From: an uncultured Nitrososphaerota archaeon
Lineage (GTDB): Archaea > Thermoproteota > Nitrososphaeria > Nitrososphaerales > CADDZS01
NCBI GenBank assembly: GCA_963799845.1
Contig: CAWCYI010000006.1
Location: forward strand, 160,001 to 224,000
Reading direction: 5' to 3'
Length of the DNA: 64,000 bases
Part shown: piece by piece, positions 1 through 10,791 of the stretch
Layout of the letters: each line of letters opens with the position of its first letter
Numbering within the stretch: the first letter of the stretch is position 1
The notes under the pieces: generated by a model
What the model was told of the DNA's origin: nothing
Database searches by the model: none
The model's input: the letters and a program-made list of their open reading frames with translations, nothing else
Position numbers and translations under genes: made by a program

Positions 1-24
1 TGAAGCCTTTACTCAAAAAATCAA

Positions 25-222
25 TCACAGAATCTGATCTATTTTGGATCGCGGAACCCTAATGAAGAAAGGCTTTTGACCCTTCGACTTTGAATTTGCT
101 TCTGCGTAGACAACTTTCAAGTTCTTGCCATGAGAAATTACTTCATTTTCAAGTATTGCAATCCATTCCCCGGCAAAACCGGAAAGGTCTTTCTTGCTGT
201 AATACTGAAGCTCTGTTGACAA
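25..222 (-). CDS. DUF5678-like small protein
   Basis: Pattern 'GEWIAILENEVISHGKNLKVVY...PFFIRVP' is typical of DUF5678. Confidence 0.65.
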   Translation of the reverse strand: MSTELQYYSKKDLSGFAGEWIAILENEVISHGKNLKVVYAEANSKSKGQKPFFIRVPRSKIDQIL

Positions 223-575
223 CTCAGACCACCAGGGAAGCTAAACTTTCAGCGACATCCAATATAGACATTTGGTACATAACCCAGAAGGAAGATGGTT
301 TAGTACCTAGAGAATCTGCACGATTTAGAGGAAAAAAGTCAGAGTCCTTTAAAGCTTTAACAGTTGGCCTCTCAGTATATCGGATCCAGCAATAAACAAG
401 CTCTCCTAACCACTGGTAAAAGGTCATTCATCGCCAGCGTCAAAGTAAATCCTGCATAACGAGAGCGCCGGCGCTGTTTCTTGATCGACAAAGTAAGGTG
501 TCGCGCTCGTTGAAACCATTGTACGAGCGTAATCGATTCCACCTGTACTAATGGAAACGAACCAAACGACACTTA

Positions 576-821
576 TCATGAGAAATACAACGGGTCCAAA
601 AGTACTCTTTGACGGCGTACTTTTTCTTCGAATTCTTTTATGCGACTGCGTTCAAGTCTAAGATGCGGGTTGGGCGGTCCAACTCTTTTGCCAACATGAT
701 AGCAGGGAATAGAGCAATATTTCGATTCAGGTCTAATTGACTCATACTTTCTATCGCAATTTTTGTTTTGGCAGACTAGCTCGTACAATTCTTTCAAGCT
801 CTCCGAGCCGAGTGATGCCAT
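576..821 (-). CDS. Hypothetical Cys-rich small protein
   Basis: 81-aa ORF with CxxxxC...YCSxxC; no family recognised. Confidence 0.4.
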   Translation of the reverse strand: MASLGSESLKELYELVCQNKNCDRKYESIRPESKYCSIPCYHVGKRVGPPNPHLRLERSRIKEFEEKVRRQRVLLDPLYFS

Positions 822-1066
822 TTGATATGATCGCGAAGCTCGATTTCAGTCCCAAATTTTGAATCGCCTAAGCCTGAATGTTGGCAGTACCGGCAGGAGA
901 AGACCGGCTCTCTTGGTTCGTAGCTATACCGAGAGTTATTTGGCACGTCTCCCGTTTGTCAAAGCATCTAAATTTAATCCGGTAAGTTCGTTTTTTGAAA
1001 GGAATTTATAGCCCGGGAATCTATTATCTGAGCGGTTAACCGCGCTCAAATAAGTATTATTTTCGT

Positions 1067-2860
1067 CTAATATCCGTAAAGGGGAGAAACTTTGCGCCTG
1101 ACCGAAATTATTTCCTTGAGTAACTGTCGATCATCGTTCGATATCGCTTGAAGGTATTTTTGATTTAGCAGTCTCACTTCCTGCTCCGAGGGTACTGTGT
1201 ACAGTATGTCTCCTTCGTTCACCTGTCTTCCAATAGTAGGTCCACTGATCGAAACTGCGATCTGCTCGCCCTTCTTGGCTTCGGCAATTGTCTTGCCCTC
1301 TTCCTGGATCTGATGAATTACGCCAATAGTCTTTCCCGTAACCCCCATTATATTGCATTTCTGCCTTAATTTTCCTTCGATAATTTCAACGCCGAAAACA
1401 GCCGGATCGTTACGCCTAAAAGAAAACCCCTTGAGAAATTGAAACTTACATAACGGGGTCAGAGCTTCCAGCCCTGTCTTTTGTTCCGAGTCTTGCTCTT
1501 GCGTTACCCAGCCAAGATAATTGTCGATCAGATTGTAGATTATCTGATCTGAAAACACTTTCAGTTTGCTGTCTTGAATCTCTTGCTCCGCATCAGGGAG
1601 AATCTTCACACTGAATGCGAGAATCACACCTCTGTACTTGTCATTCTTTCTCACCGCTGAAGCCTCCACTACGTCTCGCCTTGACACAGGGCCAATATCC
1701 GCTCGTTTGATTGGTATCTGCCGTGATTTTAGCATCTCTACAATTGCTTCAAGAGATCCCAACGTGTCCGCCTTCAGGATAATCCCGTTGACATCGGATT
1801 CGATCATTACCTGCTTAACTTCGGATTCGACCATCGCCTTAGTTTCGTCCATTCTAGCTTCATCGAACGCAACCAAAGGAGAGCCAGCTAGAACTCCTTC
1901 AAGATCTGGAGTCACAATTTTGACTCCCGCCGCGGCTGCGATGGAGTCTACACTTGCAAACTTATCCCGCGGATCCCGCATTTCATCCAGTGGTTTTGGC
2001 ATGAAAATGGCTTTGATCTTCGTAACGACTGCTCCGTCTTTTTTAGCCATTACAACCTGATCGCCGTTTCGCAGCACACCCTCGAGGAGGATAATATTTG
2101 CAGTCTCCCCGACCCCGGGCTCTTGTTTGACTTCCAAGACAATGCCGCGGGCGCGAGCGTCCGATGATACCGACAGTCTCTTTTGAAGATACACCTGAGT
2201 TAATCCAACCAAAACTGCGATCAACTCTGGTATCCCTTCTCCGGTCCTTGCACTGACGGGAACAATTGCGACTTCCTTTCTGAAATCTTTGATTCTGTAG
2301 AGCGCTTCGGAGTTTATTCCTAATCTGGACAGCTCACCGACTACCGTGTATATTTTCTGGTCCAGAATGTCTACGACCGATTTTGGTTGATTCTTGATAG
2401 CTTGGGTGATAAATTTGGAAGTTCCTTTCTTCCAACCAGCTATCGTATCTACTTTGTTCAGCGCAATAACGAACGGAACTTTTCGTTGTCGAAGTATTTC
2501 CAGGCTTTCTTTGGTTTGAATTTCGAGTCCTTTCTGGACATCAACGACCAGAATGGATATGTCTGCCGCGGAACCGCCACGATTTCGCAGATTGGTAAAT
2601 ATTTCGTGGCCAGGAGTATCTATGACAAGAAGACCCGGGACACGAATTTCGCCGCCACCGATCGTTTTCAAAAGGGGGCCGCATATCTCTTTCAGTGTCT
2701 CAGCGGGGAAGAAACTTGCGCCGATGTGCTGAGTAATTCCCCCCACTTCTCTTGCCTGGACGCCAGTTCCTCTTATCTTATCTAGAAGCGAGGTTTTTCC
2801 CGAATCTACATGGCCGAGTACCACTACAACCGGCGATCGTATTTGAGAAGTGGTTTCCAT
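1067..2860 (-). CDS. infB: Translation initiation factor aIF5B/IF-2
   Basis: GHVDSGKT, ITQHIGA, DTPGH and NKVD GTPase motifs; 597 aa. Confidence 0.98.
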   Translation of the reverse strand: METTSQIRSPVVVVLGHVDSGKTSLLDKIRGTGVQAREVGGITQHIGASFFPAETLKEICGPLLKTIGGGEIRVPGLLVIDTPGHEIFTNLRNRGGSAADISILVVDVQKGLEIQTKESLEILRQRKVPFVIALNKVDTIAGWKKGTSKFITQAIKNQPKSVVDILDQKIYTVVGELSRLGINSEALYRIKDFRKEVAIVPVSARTGEGIPELIAVLVGLTQVYLQKRLSVSSDARARGIVLEVKQEPGVGETANIILLEGVLRNGDQVVMAKKDGAVVTKIKAIFMPKPLDEMRDPRDKFASVDSIAAAAGVKIVTPDLEGVLAGSPLVAFDEARMDETKAMVESEVKQVMIESDVNGIILKADTLGSLEAIVEMLKSRQIPIKRADIGPVSRRDVVEASAVRKNDKYRGVILAFSVKILPDAEQEIQDSKLKVFSDQIIYNLIDNYLGWVTQEQDSEQKTGLEALTPLCKFQFLKGFSFRRNDPAVFGVEIIEGKLRQKCNIMGVTGKTIGVIHQIQEEGKTIAEAKKGEQIAVSISGPTIGRQVNEGDILYTVPSEQEVRLLNQKYLQAISNDDRQLLKEIISVRRKVSPLYGY

Positions 2861-2960
2861 AATTTCTGCTCTTCCTCTAGGGCCCTATAGACGAGGAAAA
2901 ATTGTGTTTTGAAACGGAAAAAGTTAACTGATGAAGATTGTTGGCACTAAGATACTTGTT

Positions 2961-3365
2961 TCACAATTCGGGAAACAAAATCTTTGATTCCCGAGCATAA
3001 CTTTCTTGAGAGTCTGAGGCGTGGACAACGTTATCGGTGTAACCCAGACCAAAATCCCCCCTGATTGTTCCGCTTGAAGCCTCGAAGCTCTTCGTGACGC
3101 CGATCATTCTTCTTACTACGTCGACAGCGTTAGCTCCTTCAACCACAATCGCAACCACTGGTCCTGAAGTAATGAATTGCTCTAACTCGGGGAAAAAAGG
3201 CTTGCCAACATGCGGAGAATAAAAATCGTTTGCGAGTCCATTGTCAAAAGATAGTTGATTTAATGCAATGATTTTGAATCCCTTCTTCTCGAACCTGGAA
3301 ATAATCTCCCCAATGAGTCCACGCCGTACCCCATCAGGCTTGATTACGACCAATGTTCGGTCCAA
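2961..3365 (-). CDS. ndk: Nucleoside diphosphate kinase
   Basis: IKPDGV and GTIRGDF motifs; NVVHASDS with catalytic His. Confidence 0.97.
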   Translation of the reverse strand: MDRTLVVIKPDGVRRGLIGEIISRFEKKGFKIIALNQLSFDNGLANDFYSPHVGKPFFPELEQFITSGPVVAIVVEGANAVDVVRRMIGVTKSFEASSGTIRGDFGLGYTDNVVHASDSQESYARESKILFPEL

Positions 3366-3370
3366 TGGGA

Positions 3371-3613
3371 CTAGGCCTTTTCCTTTGCAGCCACGGTCGC
3401 CACCTGGGCGGGACGGCTAGCCTTGACCGGCGGTTTCGGTCTTTGCCTCGCCCATTTTAGAGACCTCGGATCTCTCTTAAGGATCGAAGCGTTCTTTCGG
3501 CACTTTGAAGAATCATACCAGAACGTTGCACCGTCATTTTTGATATACATCACACCGGTTCCCAGAGGGATCAATTTACCGCAAAATGAACATCTCTTAG
3601 CGCTGTAGGACAT
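3371..3613 (-). CDS. rpl24e: 50S ribosomal protein L24e
   Basis: CSFCG..I..GTG, SSKC and RDPR..KW motifs; conserved synteny. Confidence 0.96.
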   Translation of the reverse strand: MSYSAKRCSFCGKLIPLGTGVMYIKNDGATFWYDSSKCRKNASILKRDPRSLKWARQRPKPPVKASRPAQVATVAAKEKA

Positions 3614-3644
3614 TTCAAGAAATCGACCGTTTTGCCCTAATTTC

Positions 3645-3860
3645 CTACTTTATCTTTCTTGCTTCACGCTCAGTTTCGCGAAGCATCAAGACATCCCCCA
3701 TGCGGACCGGCCCTTTTACATTACGCGTTAAGATTCTGCCCCTGTCTCTGCCCTCAAGAAGTTTGACTCGAACTTGAGTAATCTCTCCGGCGACTCCTGT
3801 TCTCCCAACGACTTGAATGATCTCCGCTGGAGTGACGCGCTCTTCTGCTCTAGTACTCAA
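3645..3860 (-). CDS. rps28e: 30S ribosomal protein S28e
   Basis: [19 protein letters not shown] and ETEREAR motifs. Confidence 0.97.
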   Translation of the reverse strand: MSTRAEERVTPAEIIQVVGRTGVAGEITQVRVKLLEGRDRGRILTRNVKGPVRMGDVLMLRETEREARKIK

Positions 3861-3894
3861 ATAACTACACTGTTCTACTCGTTATTGACTGGAC

Positions 3895-4278
3895 TCAGGA
3901 AGTAGCGGGAACTTTGAGCTTCGATATCTCAGAAACGACTTGGTCGATAAGAGGCTGCGCATCTCCCGATTCAATTATGCATGCAGAAGCAGCCCCCACG
4001 TCAATCCCCAAGGCGGGTCCCATGCTAGCGCGAGTTGGAACAAAAACAAACGGAACGTTGCGCTCCTCGCAAATAATTGGAAGATGTGCAACAACCTCTG
4101 GCGGTTCGACATCCTCGGCTATTATCACAAGCTTGGCTATTCCACGTTCAATAGCTTTCGTAGTTTCATTAGTGCCTTTCCTAATTTTTCCGGTCTGCTT
4201 CGCTTGCCTTAGTGCCTCATAAGCGGCATCGGAGATCTCTTTAGGAGTTTCAAACTTTACAAAATACGGCTTTGCCAT
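3895..4278 (-). CDS. rpl7ae: 50S ribosomal protein L7Ae
   Basis: KGTNETTKAIERG and IAEDVEPPE motifs. Confidence 0.97.
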   Translation of the reverse strand: MAKPYFVKFETPKEISDAAYEALRQAKQTGKIRKGTNETTKAIERGIAKLVIIAEDVEPPEVVAHLPIICEERNVPFVFVPTRASMGPALGIDVGAASACIIESGDAQPLIDQVVSEISKLKVPATS

Positions 4279-4331
4279 AGTCTCAATCCAACTTTACGAA
4301 AGCAACAGCTGGAATTGCGACTATTTCTGCG

Positions 4332-4354
4332 GGGTTCATCTTATTCTTTCGCCC
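4332..4354 (-). promoter_or_regulatory. Putative K-loop in the rpl7ae 5' leader (L7Ae autoregulation site)
   Basis: Minus strand reads GGGCGA-aagaauaa-GAUGAACCC (GGG/CCC helix, tandem GA/AG, 3-nt GAU bulge), just downstream of a TATA-like ttattaaaag near 4375-4384. Confidence 0.55.
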
Positions 4355-4456
4355 AAGATCTATCATTTTCCGTCCCTTTAATAAGTTGTATCATTGGATT
4401 ATTGGTTTGATTTCGATCGTTTACCGAAATACGAGCTCAGATCTATCGAGCTGACT

Positions 4457-6208
4457 TTACTTGTGGGTGAAGATTGCCGATTCAGGCGAGTCGAGTCTAC
4501 AGAAACCAAATCGAACAAATTGAAAAATCTCGCCAACTTTTAGATCGCGCGCCGACAGCTCCGCTTTGCCTTCCGAAATTTTCAAACTGTCAGGATTATA
4601 CTCTTCATCAATCAAGAGCGGACCCGTGACAGCGACTTGGAAGGGAACGGACTTTTCAGGCACAACCCATTGAAATTTCATCATCTTTTCGGAACTTTCT
4701 TCAGAAATTCGTTTTGCCTTTATCATATTATCTTGAATCGAGTAAACTTCGCAATTACAAACCTCAATTAACCTGAATCTTGAGCCGATTTTGAGTTGGG
4801 AAGCATCTAACCATGAAATTAGAAATCTTCCATTCGTCTCAATTACTCGAGATCCAAGATCCGCATCCGGGTGAAACTTTAATGATACTTCGATTGGCGG
4901 GGACCCGTCAATCCCAAGGCCGACGGGATTTTCCACGAAGAAAAATCTCCTCGTGATTGGATCCAACAATTTTCTGTTTATGCTTTCGAGCAAGTCCCAC
5001 GTGGGTTGGGACTCCACTTTGCTAACACCCATTGAGAGAACAAATTCTCTTATGGCTCCTGGAAGAATCCCACGACGTTTGAGTCCTGAAATCGTGGGCA
5101 ATCGCGGATCGTCCCAGCCGTTCACTTTTCCTTCATCGATAAGTTTTCTCAGATTTCTCTTGGACAGAGTAGTGTTTTGGAGTCGCAGTCGCGAAAATTC
5201 AATTATCTTCGGTTTCCGCAAGTCAACAGAATCCAGTATCGCGTAGTACAGTTCATCCCGGAGTTCGTACTCCTTGCTTCGCATAGCATGCGTGACACCG
5301 TCTAGACTGTCTTCGACAGGGCCGTCAAAGTCGTAAGTCGGCCATACCCTGAACGACGATCCCTTCAATGGATGAGGATGCTCAACGACCCTAAAAAGAA
5401 CGGGATCACGCATCGTCGTATTCAAGCTCTGCATGTCCCCAACAAATCTCAATGTCGAGTGCTTCGCTTCAGTTTTCTCTGTAATCATTAGCTCCCATAA
5501 GGAAATATTTTGATTCGCAGTTTGCGACCTGTGCTCGCAATTCAAGCCCGACATACGGTTCTGTCGCATTTTTTCTTGAGTACAGCTGCAAACATAAGCC
5601 GCATACTTCTCAATCATCGCTCGGGCTATCTCGTAGAATTTAGGCATATCATCTGAGGCATTTCTTATCAGATCGGCCTTGATCTCCATCCACTCAAGAG
5701 ATTCCAGAAATGCACCATAGAATTCTTTCTTTTCAGCAGCGGGATTCGTATCGTCAAACCGAACTATGAACTTCCCCTGGTATTTTTTCGCATATTCAGA
5801 ACCGATAATCGCCGCCTTCGTATGACCTATATGCATGTAACCATTCGGCTCTGGAGGAAATCTTGTAACTACATTTCCGATTTGTGCATTGGGTAGATCA
5901 GGAAGAGTAAATTTCTTCTCTGAATCATTCTTGGAAATTTCCTTTTTTCGAGCGATTGTCTTTTCAATTTCCCCGGGAAAGTCTCTTTCAAGGACGGCTT
6001 TTTGCTCGGCGATTGTCATCCCATTTATCATGGAGACGACCTTAGTAGCTATTGACTTGACTCGACTCGGATCTTTTCGCAGCTCGGGTTTTTCTGATAA
6101 TATCCGACTGATTACTGCCCCTGGGTTTGCTTTGCCATTGTGTCCGATCGCATTAAGATAAGCGATCTTTTGAATAAGAATAGAAATCTCGTCATCGGAA
6201 TCCGTCTA
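4457..6208 (-). CDS. gltX: Glutamyl-tRNA synthetase (archaeal type)
   Basis: RFPPEPNGYMHIGH and LSKR motifs. The frame stays open upstream of the listed ORF (TDSDDEI..LNAIGHNGKA..) to about 6208, where the start codon looks corrupted. Confidence 0.95.
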
Positions 6209-6211
6209 AAT

Positions 6212-7336
6212 TCACCTCAAAGTCTTCCAGAATGGACTTCGATTCAATAGTCGCGAGAGCTCAGGGTACTCCAGGAGAGACCTCGTTTGCCTGTATATTC
6301 TTGGATGTATTTTGGATTGTTCAGAAGTAAGTTCGTCAAACGATTCCATTGCTAACCGAGAATGATTTGAGGCAACACCACGAGCATAATCAATGGAACC
6401 GCTCTCTATCATTAGATCAAAAACCCACCTGATTTCGTCCGCCGATTTTTCAGAGCGTTGTTTGGATAATATTTCAAGGACCTGAGTCTTCCGCTTCTTC
6501 TCCAAGTGATCCAGTAAATGAATTAGCATGATAGTCCTCTTCCCTTCGAACAAATCACCAAGAATTTCCTTTCCATACTTTGCTTCGTCTGCAGTCAAAT
6601 TCAGAACATCATCCACAATCTGAAAAGCAATTCCGAGGTTTGTGCCGAAATCAACGATTCGTTCCAAGGTCTTCGTTCTTTCCAGGCTTTCCTCGTCATC
6701 TTTGCCTACGGAAGAGAGAAGTACGCCCAGCCTACAAGGGGTAATACAAGTGTACCAGGCTGCTTTCTTGGTGACCATCACCAGATAGTCTTTCTCGCTT
6801 ATCTCCCAGTTATTCAGGCATGTCCAAGACAATTCAATTTGCTGACCTTCGGTTGTTTCATTGAGCATTCGCGTGAATTCAGCGAGAATATTGAGAGTCA
6901 AGTCCGCGCCCATAGCACGTTTGTTTGTGAGCAGCAGCTCCCACATCTTTCCGTGCAAGGCATCCCCCGCATTGATGGATAATTCGATACCGTGTTTTTT
7001 ATGCAGCGCAGGCAAGCCTCGTCGCAGGTCTGATCCGTCTTCTATATCATCGTGAATCAGAATCCAATTCTGAAAGAGTTCTAGTGCAGAAGCAGTCACG
7101 AGTGCATTCTGTTTCTTTCCCGAGAACATCTCGCACCAAAGAAGGCACAAACTACCTCTGAGACCTTTACCGCCCCGACTAGGATAGTCCCTCATCATGT
7201 CATAAAGAAGCTGAATTTCCGTCGATTCTGCAGACCTCGGCAAGAAATCCAGAACTATCTTATCGAGTAGTTTCTTGTTGGAGCTTAACATATCTAGCAG
7301 GTTTTGAGTCTCAGTTCTGAGTTCCATTTGGTTCAA
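6212..7336 (-). CDS. idsA: Geranylgeranyl diphosphate synthase (polyprenyl synthetase)
   Basis: GGKGLR, IHDDIED..RRG, EGQ and FQIVDD motifs; C-terminus probably frameshifted (EYLSSRDY* if one C is removed). Confidence 0.92.
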   Translation of the reverse strand: MNQMELRTETQNLLDMLSSNKKLLDKIVLDFLPRSAESTEIQLLYDMMRDYPSRGGKGLRGSLCLLWCEMFSGKKQNALVTASALELFQNWILIHDDIEDGSDLRRGLPALHKKHGIELSINAGDALHGKMWELLLTNKRAMGADLTLNILAEFTRMLNETTEGQQIELSWTCLNNWEISEKDYLVMVTKKAAWYTCITPCRLGVLLSSVGKDDEESLERTKTLERIVDFGTNLGIAFQIVDDVLNLTADEAKYGKEILGDLFEGKRTIMLIHLLDHLEKKRKTQVLEILSKQRSEKSADEIRWVFDLMIESGSIDYARGVASNHSRLAMESFDELTSEQSKIHPRIYRQTRSLLEYPELSRLLNRSPFWKTLR

Positions 7337-7383
7337 ACCTTGGAGTTAAGGGCCTTCTCCATCATCCGTTCGATTCAGAGACT

Positions 7384-8183
7384 TCAATTACTCCGCGAAT
7401 AAATCTTTGTCGCGAGGACATTATTATCCCCGCGAAGCAATCTAGACAGCCTTGTTCTCTTTGACCCGTTTACGAAGAACACGTCTGCCCCGAGCTTTGA
7501 TAATTCCAAACCGGTAGTTATTTTCGATTGCAAACCCCCAGTTACGTCGAAGTCTCTGATTCTACTTTTGACTTGTAGCTCACCATTTAGTTCTCGAATT
7601 ATCGGGCCGTTCAATTCAGCAGATCTATAAACGCCGTCAACATCCATGGCGAATATTGCTTTTCTGACTCGAAATTTTCTTGCTAGAGCTCAAGGCGATC
7701 TTGTCGCCAGAAATAATGTAAGAGCCGTTTTCCAAAACAGAGATGTTTCCGAAGGTGATCGGTACGAGTCCGCTTTCTAGCATTGAAGAGATCCGAGATT
7801 CTCCAGTAGGAGTAACGGAATCTCCATTTTTTGAAAGTATCTCGATTGGAAGGATTGTTCCGCAAAAGACTCCGGCAGAGTTCAATTCTTCAAGCATGAT
7901 GGAATGAAGTTTGATCATCGCAGATGCAGTCCTCAGCTAATCCTTCGGGCGAGACGTTTCTTTCCAGAACTGTTCCTAAGCCAAATTTTTTTGCGAAGAA
8001 ATGGCCAAAGGAGCCACCGCCATGAATAAGGACCAATTGCAGGGCTTTGTCCGTCGAAATTGCCTGTGAAATTTCTCGACAGAGTAATTTCATTTTTGGA
8101 ATGTTTGCGCTTTCGGGAATATCCTTGTTTGTAATTAGACTCCCGCCCAGCTTCACAATTACGAGATTTTCGATTCTTCCCAT
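7384..8183 (-). CDS. ipk: Isopentenyl phosphate kinase, split into three ORFs by frameshifts
   Basis: KLGGSLIT.K, HGGGSFGH, ISGD, DVDGVY and DVTGG motifs are spread across ORFs 7890-8183, 7637-7918 and 7384-7647. Confidence 0.9.
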
Positions 8184-9121
8184 CGAAGACCTTCCTGAGG
8201 AATCTCGGTTATGAAGCTATAGGGATAATGCTCTAAAGACGATTTTAGAACAACATCGATCGCTTCTGGTCGGGTCGAAACGATTACACTGCCACCACCG
8301 CCCGCTCCGGTTAATTTTGATCCGAGAACATTTTTCCCTGAAATCCTTTCAATAAGCTCGTCCAGTTGCGAAGTCGACACATTTATCCAAGATAACTGAC
8401 TCTGGGCAGTCGTGAATAACGATCCCAAGCGATCCATATCTTTCGAAATCGCAGCTTCAACAACCTCCTGGCTGACGTATGACGCAGCCTTGACTAACTG
8501 AGCGAAGTAGTGAGGAAATTTCTCCTTTCGTCGCGCGACCTTTGCTATCAATCGAGACGTGCTCCGTTTTTTTCCAGAAAAAATGACTACCAAACTGAAT
8601 GATTCTGGAACCGGTATCTCTGTCGTACCGGTTTTCCTGTCGAACAAGATGAGACCCCCCGAAATGCTCGCTTGAATGTCCAATCCTGAAGGATTGCCAT
8701 GAACTTTTTTCTCGCCCGCTAATGCTTCCTCAGATATCGTTTTCCGATCCAGCGAAAGGCCAAGGAATCTGGAAAGAGCAGCAACAGATGCTACAGATAC
8801 GGCCGCAGACGAGCCCAAACCAGATCCGGCTGGTATCTCAGAAGAAACGGAAATTTCAAACGATCTCTTATCCCTGGACGATCTCGCTAGAACGTTCCTA
8901 ACTACTGTCTTGACCACGACAAAGCTACCGTCGTCCAAATCGAAATTTGAACGAATATTATCAGAAACTATTCGTGATCTTGCATCGGCGTCTATTTCGC
9001 GAACTGTAACGTATACTCTTTTGTTAATCGCTGCAGCAACCGCTAATGATCCGTGGACCACAAAATGTTCTCCCGAGAGTATGATTTTTCCAGGTGCGCT
9101 GGCGGCTACTTGGTGAATCAT
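8159..9121 (-). CDS. mvk: Mevalonate kinase
   Basis: APGKIILSGEHFVV, P.GSGLGSSAA, HGNPSGLD and KLTGAGGGG motifs. Confidence 0.95.
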   Translation of the reverse strand: MIHQVAASAPGKIILSGEHFVVHGSLAVAAAINKRVYVTVREIDADARSRIVSDNIRSNFDLDDGSFVVVKTVVRNVLARSSRDKRSFEISVSSEIPAGSGLGSSAAVSVASVAALSRFLGLSLDRKTISEEALAGEKKVHGNPSGLDIQASISGGLILFDRKTGTTEIPVPESFSLVVIFSGKKRSTSRLIAKVARRKEKFPHYFAQLVKAASYVSQEVVEAAISKDMDRLGSLFTTAQSQLSWINVSTSQLDELIERISGKNVLGSKLTGAGGGGSVIVSTRPEAIDVVLKSSLEHYPYSFITEIPQEGLRWEESKIS

Positions 9122-10009
9122 GCAAAGTGCACCGACGGATAGCCAACAACGGAGGACTTGTCCCCAGATGTATCTCCACTTGTGGCATACTTCAGAATCT
9201 CTCCCTTCCTTTTACTTAATTTCTGTGAAAGCTGCATGGTAGCTGCGATGGCGCCGTATCCGCACGCCGACAAGTTCAATTTTTCAATTACCGTGTAAAA
9301 AGCGGGAATGTCCATTTTTTCAACTTCCTTGAGGAGCTTCGAGTCCTTCGCAAATGCTCTTTCGTATGGTTCATAATGAGTGAGATCGCTTGATCCTAAC
9401 ACAACAAAAGGAACATCCACTTCGTCGATCATGCGAAATAATTCATTTCCCACCTCTTTTGAAGTCTCAAAATCTTGGAGCATCATGCAAATCGGCAGAA
9501 TCGAGACCTTTTCAATTAGTGTTCCAGCCATTGCTTGTAGGAACGGAATCTGAACCTCGATCGAGTGTTCCCTAGAATGAGCCACGTCATCTAGGTCGAT
9601 GATGCTGGACCTTTCTGTCAATCGTTTCGCAAGTTCAAGATCAACTTTCACTTTTCCAATTGGCGTTTCCCAAAATTCGGAGTTTGAGAGGGCAACACCA
9701 CTTCCAATGCCATAGTGATTAGGTCCGAGAATAATTACGACGACCTTCTTTTCACTATTGAATGATTGGAAGAAATCGTGAATCAGATCGAAAGCTGTGA
9801 GCGGCAACTGGACCAGAATAAATGTAACCGGCGTGTGGAACCAATAGAGATTCCACTCTGCTAACTTTTCTTTCCTTGACCGACTTGGAAGGAAACTTTC
9901 CGGGACCGATTGGATCGGTGAACGATCTGTGAATTAGTTCGAAAAGCTCGTCTCTATCAGAGGGGTAAAACTGGCCGGCGACGCTCGGAGGTCTTGTCTT
10001 TGAACCCAA
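9118..10009 (-). CDS. MEMO1/AmmeMemoRadiSam protein B, frameshifted
   Basis: R.P.VAGQFYP and PHAGYIYSG in 9755-10009; GPNH, EHSIEVQ.PF and SSDLTHY in 9118-9807. Confidence 0.9.
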
Positions 10010-10042
10010 TTACTTAGCATCGTTCTGGAGACAATACGAAAA

Positions 10043-10714
10043 CTATTCGTAAGATCGCTCTTCGTCTTCTTCTACTAGCTTCGTCTCAAAATCCTCTATT
10101 GAATACTTCAGCTGCTGGTCAGAGTTTAGAGCACCGCTGTGCATCAATACGTATCTAGCAAGCAACCAGAAGATTGCGGCGAGCGCGCTCCTTCCTCGAT
10201 TGTTGGCTGGGATCACAACATCGACGTTGGCCGTTACATTGTCCGTGTCACAGATTGCTACCACGGGGATTCCCAGTTTTGACGCCTCGTCCAGCGCTTG
10301 ATAGTCAACTGCCGGATCGGCAACGACTACAATTTCTGGGTCAAGGTGGCGGGGAAAAAGTGGATTAGTAAAAGTACCAGGCATGAATCTTCCGGTGAGC
10401 GCTTTGGCGCCCGTCGCCTCGCAAAACTTGTCGATTGGAGTCTTGGCATACTCCCTTGCTGAATAAACTACTACCCTTGAGATTTCAGAACGGGCGATGA
10501 ACTTGGCAGCGATGTCGATTCTGCTAAGAGTCTTTGAAACATCAATGACGTGAAGACCGTTAGCCTGCGTCCTGCTCACAAACTGAGCCATACTTTTCGT
10601 CTTTACTAGAGTACCGATTCTAATGCCTGTTGAAAGAAGGGCTCTCTCAGACAAACCTGGGGCAATTGTTGCCTCGGCCGACCCTTCGTCCTCTACTTCG
10701 TCGCTTTGAGCCAA
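10043..10714 (-). CDS. rps2: 30S ribosomal protein S2
   Basis: GRFMPGTFTNP, DTDN and IPANNRG motifs. Confidence 0.96.
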   Translation of the reverse strand: MAQSDEVEDEGSAEATIAPGLSERALLSTGIRIGTLVKTKSMAQFVSRTQANGLHVIDVSKTLSRIDIAAKFIARSEISRVVVYSAREYAKTPIDKFCEATGAKALTGRFMPGTFTNPLFPRHLDPEIVVVADPAVDYQALDEASKLGIPVVAICDTDNVTANVDVVIPANNRGRSALAAIFWLLARYVLMHSGALNSDQQLKYSIEDFETKLVEEDEERSYE

Positions 10715-10791
10715 AATTGGAAATACCGATAATACCGAACTGTTGTTTTTGTTTATAAAATGCTTACCGTGGGATCGGCGCTATCGGAATT

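Noticed and set aside
7384-8183. Programmed frameshifting or a genuinely split ipk
   Set aside because: Indels of the same kind are spread across unrelated genes, so sequencing error is more parsimonious
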